64,000 nucleotides of DNA from Polyangiaceae bacterium (lineage in GTDB: Bacteria; Myxococcota_A; Polyangia; Polyangiales; Polyangiaceae). Shown piece by piece: positions 56,654-64,000 of this stretch. The notes under the pieces were generated by a model. It was not told the origin of the DNA, searched no databases, and saw only the letters and a list, made by a program, of their open reading frames with translations. The first letter of the stretch is position 1. Every line of letters starts with the position of its first letter. The stretch lies in contig JBNKBE010000002.1 in NCBI GenBank assembly GCA_050287085.1, positions 340,447 to 404,446 on the forward strand. The letters are read 5' to 3'. The position numbers and the translations under genes were made by a program.

Positions 56654-58828
56654 TCAATCCGCAGCCGTGACCACGAGCACGGAGTCGTCTGCGAACGCCT
56701 CGGCCAGCAATGCTCCTATCGCCTCGTGGCTCGCGGGTGCGTCGCCATAGGCCCAGCGCACGAGTCGCTGCACCGGAGCGGGCAGACCCGGGGCGCTGAG
56801 GGGCGCCCTTGGTGCAGCGTCCCCGAGCCCCTCTTGCTTGAGTCTCGCGATCAGGGCCCGGGTTTGGGCGATCACCGGAGCGACGTCGCCGTCGGTGTGC
56901 ACGGCGATCACCAGCGCGGCCTGCCCCTGACGGCTTCCGAGGGCCGCCACCTCCGCCTGATGCAAGCCGGGCAATGCGCCCAGGGCCGCGGGGAGGTAGG
57001 TGGTTTCGAGCCGTTGTCCCAGCGCGTCCGCTGCTTCCAGGGCGGCGCCGGGCACCGGGTAGACGAGGAGTGCTGACCCGGTCCGGTCCGGGTCCGGCTC
57101 AGCCAGGGCGACGAACCCGCTAGTAGGGTTCGGCACGCTAGCAGGACAAGCCAGCGGGGAGCCGCGGAACGGTCGCAGGGCCGTCGCAAGCGCGCTGGCG
57201 ATGTAGTCACCCTGATCTTCGCTCGCATTGGCGAGGACGTAGGGCGTCAGCGGACCGGACAGAAACGCTCGAAGGCGACGACGCACGACGGCTGGGCGCG
57301 CGCTGGCCAGGCTCTCGGGAGTCCCACGGACGAGTAGCTCACTCGGCCGACCGCCGGTGAGAACCCGCGCTCCGAGCCAAAGCAGGGGGTCGGAATGCAT
57401 CTCTGCGAGCGCTCGATCTTTGCTGAGCAGGATCGGAGTCTCCTCCAGCAGCACCGAAAATAGCGCCGCTTGCAGGTCGCGCATGAAGCGTTCGAGATCC
57501 CCGGGCTGCAGCGCCCGACCCGATGCCAGGAGCGCCGGACCTGATGGGCCGAGGTATACATAAAACTGAGTCCCTTCAGTCGAGCTGTGGCGCAAGGCAT
57601 CCAGCGCCAAGGTCGTGTAGCCCGCGCTGAACTGATCTTCGCCTAGAAGCGGGCAGTCGTGGCTGAGCAGCAGCCACAATCGTCCCTGTCCTAGCTCGAC
57701 GCGGGTGTGGACTTCGGCGACGCTTTCACTCGCGGCGTTCCAGGCTTCGATCACCTGGGCCAATTGTCTCGAGCTGTCGCTGGTGCGCAGCACGAGTATG
57801 GGCTCAGCCGTCTCGCCGGAATGGTCCGGCGCATGGGCGGTGCGGTCGGACAACGCGTGCCAGGCGCCGAGGCGGGCCGCTTGGCGCGCGTCGGTCGCCA
57901 TCAACGCGCTTTCGACCGGAGCTCGCGGAGCGGCCGTGCGCAGGGCGTCGCGGATAGCCTCGTCGGCGATGCGCGCGCCGCGTCCCAGTTTGGCGTCTTC
58001 TGCGCCCGGCTCCGCATCGAGCGCAACGGCAATACAACCCCCTCCGGGGCGGCTGCTGGCCGTGACTTCGCGAAGCGATAAGGCGCCCAGCGCTCGGAGG
58101 CTCTTGCGAAGCCGCGATTGCGAATGCCCAAGCTGCGCGCCGGCTTCGAGCAGCTTCTCCCGGGCCTGGGTCCAGACTGCCACCCATAGCGTTGTTGCGC
58201 CGGGGCGTTCCTGTCTGAGGAAGGTGGGTTCTGTCGGCCAAGAGCGCAGGGGGCTGTCCCCCTCGGGCCAGCCTCCGTCGTGCTGCAACGCACTCTGCCA
58301 CTCGCGCACGAACGCACTCGGTCCCACGGCGGCCAGTGCGACGTTCTTCCAGCCTGGACTCAAGGTCTCGGCCTCGCTTTCGCCCGCTGGCGTGCAGGCG
58401 TCAAAGGGGGCCAGCGGCTCAGCCAACGGGCGGGACGAGGCGCCTTCCGGGGTCGCGAGCGCTGCCCGCAGTGCGGGATAGGCAGCGGCCGCCGCGGGTC
58501 CCGATACGTCGAAGCTCACGACAAAGCCCGTTTGCGTCGTGTCCAGGACGGGGCGTAGCCCCTGGGCCGTGAGGGCCTGGAGCACGCGTTCGCTGACGCG
58601 GCCGGCCGCGTCGCGCGTGGCGTGGTGAGCGACAGCTATCGCGGCGGCGGGACGGACGTCGCCGCTTCGTTCGATCAGGGTGAGGGTGGGCTTTTCAGCG
58701 GCTGAATGAGTTTCAACGGGGCTTTCGAGCACATGCTCTGGCACGCTTGCCGGCTGGCTGCAGGCCCGCCCCATGAGGCCCACCGCCACCGCTGCCGTGA
58801 AGAGTTGCCCGCGTTTGGCGGCTGCCAT
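56654..58828 (-). CDS. Large hypothetical exported protein or lipoprotein, possibly a degenerate M16-like fold
   Basis: Long ORF with a signal-like N-terminus (AVAVGLMGRAC); no HxxEH motif; the fold call is only an impression. Confidence 0.55.
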   Translation of the reverse strand: MAAAKRGQLFTAAVAVGLMGRACSQPASVPEHVLESPVETHSAAEKPTLTLIERSGDVRPAAAIAVAHHATRDAAGRVSERVLQALTAQGLRPVLDTTQTGFVVSFDVSGPAAAAAYPALRAALATPEGASSRPLAEPLAPFDACTPAGESEAETLSPGWKNVALAAVGPSAFVREWQSALQHDGGWPEGDSPLRSWPTEPTFLRQERPGATTLWVAVWTQAREKLLEAGAQLGHSQSRLRKSLRALGALSLREVTASSRPGGGCIAVALDAEPGAEDAKLGRGARIADEAIRDALRTAAPRAPVESALMATDARQAARLGAWHALSDRTAHAPDHSGETAEPILVLRTSDSSRQLAQVIEAWNAASESVAEVHTRVELGQGRLWLLLSHDCPLLGEDQFSAGYTTLALDALRHSSTEGTQFYVYLGPSGPALLASGRALQPGDLERFMRDLQAALFSVLLEETPILLSKDRALAEMHSDPLLWLGARVLTGGRPSELLVRGTPESLASARPAVVRRRLRAFLSGPLTPYVLANASEDQGDYIASALATALRPFRGSPLACPASVPNPTSGFVALAEPDPDRTGSALLVYPVPGAALEAADALGQRLETTYLPAALGALPGLHQAEVAALGSRQGQAALVIAVHTDGDVAPVIAQTRALIARLKQEGLGDAAPRAPLSAPGLPAPVQRLVRWAYGDAPASHEAIGALLAEAFADDSVLVVTAAD

Positions 58829-58943
58829 ATCCGCACCCCTAACACACGGGTTCATCGTTGCCGACCCGATGCCGGGTAGGGGGGCTCTTTCCTGCTGATT
58901 CGGCCGCGCTTCCGGGGCGTTGCTTCTGGGGCTTGGGGGGGCC

Positions 58944-59570
58944 CTAAGCGGCCTGAGCGTCGTCCTGCAATGCAGTCTGGAGTCGTGCCCGGAGCTTATG
59001 CTTCTTGGAGTATACGGTCTTGATGCTGATCCCCATCCGGGTTGCGATCTCCTCCGGTTGCAGGCCCTCTGCAAAGTAGAGGGTGAAGAACTCGCGATCC
59101 TTCTCCGATAGGCAACGCAACGCGCTCTTCAGGCGACGCGCCTGCTCCCGGGCTGCGCAGATATCGTCAGCGGTGGCCTGGGCCAGGGGTAGGACAGCAC
59201 AGGCTGAGTCCCGTTCATCGGCTTGGGGAACACGTCGGCGCGCGCGGAGCAAGTCGTAGGCAGCGTGAGTGGCTAGCATGCCCAACCAGCTACCGAGCTT
59301 GTTGCCGCGCTCGGGGTCGAAGCTGCGCAGGCGATGTTTGTTCCGCGCGAGCAACTGAAGGCACAGCGTTGAGTAGACCTCGTCGACGTCGTCTGGGGTG
59401 GTCACCGAACGAAAGCGATTCATAACGCGCGCGATGCAGCTGTGGATCAACCGGCCGTAACGCAGATTGAATTCACGCCATGCGCTCGGCGAGTCGGCGA
59501 GCAGTCCTTCAAGCAGGGTGGCGTCGCTCAGGTTGGCGGTGTTGCAGAGGGGTACTTGGGTGTCAGTCAT
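58944..59570 (-). CDS. ECF-type sigma-70 factor
   Basis: Region 2-like DVDEVYS..LRSFD..LGSWL..AYDLLR and region 4-like LSEKDRE..EEIATRMGISIKTVYS. Confidence 0.92.
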   Translation of the reverse strand: MTDTQVPLCNTANLSDATLLEGLLADSPSAWREFNLRYGRLIHSCIARVMNRFRSVTTPDDVDEVYSTLCLQLLARNKHRLRSFDPERGNKLGSWLGMLATHAAYDLLRARRRVPQADERDSACAVLPLAQATADDICAAREQARRLKSALRCLSEKDREFFTLYFAEGLQPEEIATRMGISIKTVYSKKHKLRARLQTALQDDAQAA

Positions 59571-59599
59571 GGGTGCGTCTCGGGGATGCAGACCCCTAG

Positions 59600-59615
59600 A
59601 GCACGCATGGTGCCA
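59600..59615 (-). promoter_or_regulatory. Sigma54 -24/-12 promoter of the ECF sigma gene
   Basis: The minus strand reads TGGCACCATGCGTGCT, matching TGGCAC-N5-(T/G)TGC, about 30 nt before the ATG. Confidence 0.65.
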
Positions 59616-59665
59616 ACGAGTTTGGTTAGTGATTACGGTGGTTTGTGGTTCTCGCCGGGCGTCAC

Positions 59666-59698
59666 AGCGTAACCCGAAAGCGTAACGGTGTTACGCTT
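59666..59698. promoter_or_regulatory. Perfect 9-bp inverted repeat plus an extra half-site (candidate activator site)
   Basis: AAGCGTAAC-GGT-GTTACGCTT at 59678-59698 and another AGCGTAAC at 59666-59673. Confidence 0.6.
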
Positions 59699-59888
59699 CA
59701 GCGAGGCGTGGTGGCCCGGGTTTGGGTCGGGTCACGCGGCTCTTTGTCTGTGCTTTCGTACGCGCTGCAGGCTACCAGCCTTCCGGGGGACCCCAAAAGA
59801 CGCGGTCTCGGGCCGCCCCGGGGCCTTGCCGCAGACCGGCGCGGGGCGAATATGGCGCTGGGGTTCGCGATCGCTTACAGTTTGGGAC

Positions 59889-60350
59889 ATGATGCAGGTC
59901 AACGAGCCAGGGCGCGGGGTGGATCGCAGCCGTCGTGCCACGCTGGCGGCGCTGGCGGGGGTACTGCTTGCGGGAGCCAGCGTTGCGCTGGGCGGGCAAG
60001 TCGCCCGTGCCGATCAGGGGGAGAGCCGCATCACGTTTGCGGGCCTGACGCGCTTCGCCGCCGACCGGGCTCGCATTTTCGTGCAGATGGACCAAAAGGC
60101 CTCCCCGCAGGTGACGGAAAGTGAACGAGGCGCGCGCATCACGTTGCCAGGAGCGACCATTGCATTCGACAACAATCGCAATCCGCTGGACGCGCGCTTC
60201 CTGGATACGCCCCTGCAGGAGGCGCGCTGGGAAGAGGGGGCTGAAGGCGTGACGCTCGTGCTCCGCTTTCGCGTTCCCGTCGCGTTGACGTACGACTTCA
60301 GCCCGCGACGCCGCGGCGTTAGCCTCAACGTGGATTTCTCGGCGAAGTAG
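59889..60350 (+). CDS. Exported beta-rich protein, AMIN-like
   Basis: Tat-like SRRATL signal with A-x-A cleavage site; RIFVQM, RITLPGA, VTLVLRF and LNVDF strand pattern. Confidence 0.6.
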   Translation: MMQVNEPGRGVDRSRRATLAALAGVLLAGASVALGGQVARADQGESRITFAGLTRFAADRARIFVQMDQKASPQVTESERGARITLPGATIAFDNNRNPLDARFLDTPLQEARWEEGAEGVTLVLRFRVPVALTYDFSPRRRGVSLNVDFSAK

Positions 60351-60413
60351 TGGTCGCCCCCTGCGATCCTCTGGGCGGCGTGCTGTTGGCTCGGTGGGCC
60401 CCCCGCTTGTGGG

Positions 60414-61367
60414 CTACCAGCTGACCTTCACTTTGGGGGGCTGAATGCGCACTTGCGCGTTGCTCAGTTCCACAACAACGGGGCGCATTGCCGAGCCGTG
60501 GGGCTGCGAGTCGTCGGAGGTAATGTCCACGCGCGGAACGATCAGTTCTCGGTCGAGGCCATTGACCACTTCCGGCGGGCCCGTGACCGTGATGTTCACG
60601 GCGGCTGGGGTGGCCCGCGCTCCTACCAATCCGACCACCTCCACCGGCACGCGAGAGAACTTGGCTGACGTCAAGCGGCGCGTAATGTCGACTTCGACGG
60701 TTGCGTTGGGAGAGCCGACGTAACGGGTGCGCTCAGGCTCTTGGTCGAGAGCGAGCAGGCGCGAGATATGACCCTGCGAAAGCCCAGACACGTCCAGGGG
60801 GGCGACGCGCACGAATTGGGTGACGTTGACGATGTTGGCGGGGCCGCGCAGGCCGACCGATTTCGGCGTGACTTGGGGCCGAGACACCTCGTAGCCGTCA
60901 GCGACCACACCCGTGAGCGAGGGTTGGATGGGGACTTCGCGCGTGATGATGTCTTGCCATCCGAGCTCGAAGCTGCTCGGCTCGACCAGCTTGATCTTGA
61001 TCCCAGGGGGGACTTCGATGTCTTCCTTCTGGATTCGGACGAGCTCCCTGTCTCCGGAGCGCAAGTCCAGATCGATGGTGTTGGGCAGGCTCGCCAGCTC
61101 GTCGAGGGCCCGGCTGGAGCCCTCCACCGTGACCTTGACGGCGGGCGGTAGCGTTGTCATCAACTCTCGACTGGCCTTTTCCGGAGGGAGCTGCACATCG
61201 ATCTTGAACGCTACACTGCGCGTCTTAACCTCTTCACCACTGCGCTGATACACGACGAGAACAAGCGCACAGGCTAAGCACACCACCTTCAGTCCGACGT
61301 TCTCCGTCAATGCGCCTTTCAGCCAACGACCGAAAGCGCTTATGAAACCGCTCTTGCTCTTCTTCAT
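60414..61367 (-). CDS. cdaR: CdaR/YbbR-like regulator of diadenylate cyclase
   Basis: N-terminal TM helix followed by three YbbR-like repeats (VKVTVEGS, VTPKSVGLRGP, VNITVTGP); follows cdaA. Confidence 0.88.
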   Translation of the reverse strand: MKKSKSGFISAFGRWLKGALTENVGLKVVCLACALVLVVYQRSGEEVKTRSVAFKIDVQLPPEKASRELMTTLPPAVKVTVEGSSRALDELASLPNTIDLDLRSGDRELVRIQKEDIEVPPGIKIKLVEPSSFELGWQDIITREVPIQPSLTGVVADGYEVSRPQVTPKSVGLRGPANIVNVTQFVRVAPLDVSGLSQGHISRLLALDQEPERTRYVGSPNATVEVDITRRLTSAKFSRVPVEVVGLVGARATPAAVNITVTGPPEVVNGLDRELIVPRVDITSDDSQPHGSAMRPVVVELSNAQVRIQPPKVKVSW

Positions 61368-61406
61368 CGATCCACTCGGGATGGCCTGGTTCGCTGGACG
61401 GTGCGG

Positions 61407-62789
61407 CTACACCGACGGTGACTCGTCTGCGTCGGCCCGCGGCATCGGGCGAGAAGCATCGGGCTGAACGCGAGGCGCTGGGTTCGGGTCTTTGCTGGAC
61501 ACATCCGGTGGCGCCGGCCTGGCCGCGCCTGCCGTGGGAGCATCGCGCTCCTCTGGGGAAGGGGCTAGGTGACCCAGCGGGGTGAGGAGGACCCCTTCAT
61601 CCTTCGGTCTAGGCGCTCGCTCGGGAGGCGGCGGCTCCGAGTTGCGTTCGGCACTCTTGCGCAGGGGTTTGGGAGCATTGTCCGCTTTGGGCGCGGCGGC
61701 CCCCGAGCCGCGCACCGACGTCGTGTGTTCGGCGGAAGTCAGGGTGGTCGTGGCGCTGGCGGTGGCCAGGTTTGGGGGCAGCGCGGGGATGCCCGGAATG
61801 CTGCGCCCGTCGTCGTCCTCGCCGCGCTTGCGCAGCGGCGCGGGCACGGACTCGGCGGCGGGGGCTTGTGGCGCCTGCGGCTTGATCGGACGAGAAGGAG
61901 CAGACGGCGGAACTGTGGCTTTGGGTTGAACCGGGCGGGCTGCGGGCGCGACGTGCGGAGCAGGAGCGGTGCCGAAGGGCCACCACCAGCGACGGCGTAC
62001 CAAGCGAGGTGCGAAGACGCCCTCGAGGGCTGCCTTGAGCTTTGGCCCATCCAGGTTGGAGATGATGTTGCCGTTGAAGCAGAAGCTAATGGAGCCTCGC
62101 TCCTCGCTGACCACGATGACAACGGCGTCGGTTTCTTCGGTGATGCCCATGGCCGCTCGATGCCGTGAGCCGAAGCTTTCGTCCGAGACGCGACCCTGTG
62201 GCATGGGGAAGAACACGCCTGCTTTCGCGATCCTGAGGTCGCGGATGATAACTGCGCCATCATGCAGCTTGTTCATCGCCTCCGGCAGGAATAATGCGAC
62301 CAGGAGCTCAGGGGTGATCGCGGCATCGATGCGGTGACCGGTGTGGCTACCGACGAATTCATCGAGATTGGCGTCCTGCTCGAAGGTGATGATGGCCCCC
62401 GTACGGTGGCGGGCGAGGGTGGTGGCCGCGTCTGTTACGTCGTCGATCGCTCGGCGATGCGGGCTGTGGGCGGTTCCGAAACGCGCCCTGGCCCCAACGC
62501 GCATCAGGCCCCGCCGAATGTCGTTTTGGAAGACAACAACACCCACCAGAATCGCGCTCGATAGAACCGCCGTCAACAGCGTGAGCACCGTGCGCAGTCG
62601 TAACCATTCGGCCACGACGTACAGGATGAAGACCAGCACGAGTCCAACCACCACCTGCATCCCGCGCGTGCCCTTCAGCACGAGCGCCACCCGATAGAAG
62701 ATGTAGTAGGTGATCAATACGTCCAGCAGATCCCGCACGAGATCTGCCGAGGTCGCGGCGCGGACGTATTGGAGGAGTTCGTTCTGCAC
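61407..62789 (-). CDS. cdaA: Membrane diadenylate cyclase with a long Pro/Ala-rich tail
   Basis: Three TM helices, VVVFQNDIRRGL, LHDGAVII, GSRHRAAMGITEETDA and VSEERG. Confidence 0.95.
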   Translation of the reverse strand: MQNELLQYVRAATSADLVRDLLDVLITYYIFYRVALVLKGTRGMQVVVGLVLVFILYVVAEWLRLRTVLTLLTAVLSSAILVGVVVFQNDIRRGLMRVGARARFGTAHSPHRRAIDDVTDAATTLARHRTGAIITFEQDANLDEFVGSHTGHRIDAAITPELLVALFLPEAMNKLHDGAVIIRDLRIAKAGVFFPMPQGRVSDESFGSRHRAAMGITEETDAVVIVVSEERGSISFCFNGNIISNLDGPKLKAALEGVFAPRLVRRRWWWPFGTAPAPHVAPAARPVQPKATVPPSAPSRPIKPQAPQAPAAESVPAPLRKRGEDDDGRSIPGIPALPPNLATASATTTLTSAEHTTSVRGSGAAAPKADNAPKPLRKSAERNSEPPPPERAPRPKDEGVLLTPLGHLAPSPEERDAPTAGAARPAPPDVSSKDPNPAPRVQPDASRPMPRADADESPSV

Positions 62790-62903
62790 GGGACGGGCCG
62801 AAGAGCGTAATTGATTTATGACCCAGGGAATGTCGGGAAGCGAGTTGCAAAAGCACTCGGCCGGGGGAAAGGGCCGCTGGCCGTGCTGCTGCGCCGAGCC
62901 CGA

Positions 62904-63785
62904 CTACTCGGCGTCTGGTTGACTGGAGAGAGCGGTCTCAATGCGCAGCGCCTGCCGCACATCGCGCACATCGTGAACCCGTAAGATTGCCGCGCCAGAG
63001 CGCGCTGCGTGGAGCGAGCTTGCGATGGTTCCCCCCAGACGCTCCGCCGGAGAAGATGGATCGACCGCTGCGATGAAGGACTTGCGACCCGGGCCGACGA
63101 GCAGCGGCCAGCCAGCTTTGGCCAATTCATCCGTTCGACGCAGCAGTTCAAGGCTGTGGCGGGCATTCTTCGCAAAGCCAAGCCCGGGGTCGACGATGAT
63201 GCGCGAGCGCGCCATGCCCTGCGCCTCGGCGCGCGTTGCTGCCTCTCCCCATTCCGCGACCACGTCGGCCACAATATCCCCGTAGTCGTCGTCAGGCCAT
63301 TGAGAAAAGCCACTCATTGCAGACATCGTTGTGCGCGAGTGACTGAGGACTAGCCAAGCGCCGCCCTCCGCCGCAACTCGCGCGAGCGTGTCGTCGCGCA
63401 GACAGGAGACGTCGTTGATGATTGCGGCGCCGTGTTGCACAGCAAACGCCGCCACTCGCGGATCGGTGGTGTCTACGCTGACGGTGACGTCGGTCTTCCC
63501 GAGCGCTTGGAGCGCTGGGCCGAGGCGCGCGATCTGCTCGTCGCTCGGCACCGCCTGGGCTCCGGGGCGGGAAGATTCCGCGCCCACGTCGATGATGTCG
63601 GCGCCCCGTTCGAGCAGCTCTTGGATGCGCCTGTGGATCCCGCTTGCCGAGCGATACTGCCCGCCGTCAAAGAATGAGTCGGGGGTTACGTTGAGGACAC
63701 CCATCAGCAGCGGCTGGCGGGGAGGGCGCAGGGCGAGCTGCTGCGCGAGGCGTTGGGCGGCGATGGTGGACGTAGCAGAGGACAT
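62904..63785 (-). CDS. folP: Dihydropteroate synthase
   Basis: MGVLNVTPDSF, IDVGAESSRPGA, SVDT, INDVS, DPGLGFAK, RKSF and LRVHDV. Confidence 0.97.
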   Translation of the reverse strand: MSSATSTIAAQRLAQQLALRPPRQPLLMGVLNVTPDSFFDGGQYRSASGIHRRIQELLERGADIIDVGAESSRPGAQAVPSDEQIARLGPALQALGKTDVTVSVDTTDPRVAAFAVQHGAAIINDVSCLRDDTLARVAAEGGAWLVLSHSRTTMSAMSGFSQWPDDDYGDIVADVVAEWGEAATRAEAQGMARSRIIVDPGLGFAKNARHSLELLRRTDELAKAGWPLLVGPGRKSFIAAVDPSSPAERLGGTIASSLHAARSGAAILRVHDVRDVRQALRIETALSSQPDAE

Positions 63786-64000
63786 AATTACTTCGTTAAG
63801 TGCGACCGGGCCGCTTTGGACCGCTGGGCGGATGGCTCTTGTTCAATCATCAAAATATCAAGAATTCAAACTCGTTGCGCGGTCCGACCCAGACCCACGA
63901 GGGGTTGAATCGGAGCTGGTAGTGGGTCGGCCGAGGGGTCGTTGCTATGCCGTCGGCGCACGTGCGTGCGTGGGTTGGTGCAGCTGGCTTGCGAGCCAGC

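Noticed and set aside
56654..58828. Active M16 zinc peptidase
   Set aside because: No HxxEH motif; the resemblance is too weak to call.

Overview
GC-rich, densely coding bacterial chromosomal window. The gene content (Ser/Thr kinase with TPR-PEGA partner, Cys-rich lipoproteins, PEGA proteins, folP-cdaA-cdaR) suggests Myxococcota, probably Polyangiales; this is an inference, not a search result. In order, it holds: a sulfatase-fold lipoprotein; an orphan GspE/PilB ATPase; secreted lipoproteins; a kinase module; a classical menaquinone operon (menG-F-D-H-A-C-E, no menB); a UvrD/Rep helicase; an Rrf2/E1/ubiquitin-like/JAB operon; divergent trhP and cmoAB; fadD and miaB; a molybdoenzyme-PepSY-TM-methyltransferase trio; a multicopper oxidase with a C-terminal CxxCH domain; a HelD-like ATPase; a GT-C-like membrane protein; a 10-gene Mrp antiporter operon; tRNA-Pro(UGG); guaA; an ECF sigma factor; and cdaR-cdaA-folP. 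I saw no mobile element, integrase or CRISPR array. The strongest lead is the ubiquitin-like operon. Its E1 appears split into an active adenylation subunit lacking the N-terminal Arg finger and a small inactive subunit that keeps it, reminiscent of eukaryotic heterodimeric E1s. Next are an uncalled 54-aa basic ORF resembling the C-terminal half of bS21 and the oxidase-cytochrome P460-like fusion behind a sigma54 promoter. All family calls come from motif recognition by eye, and many start codons were re-chosen by hand and are approximate.
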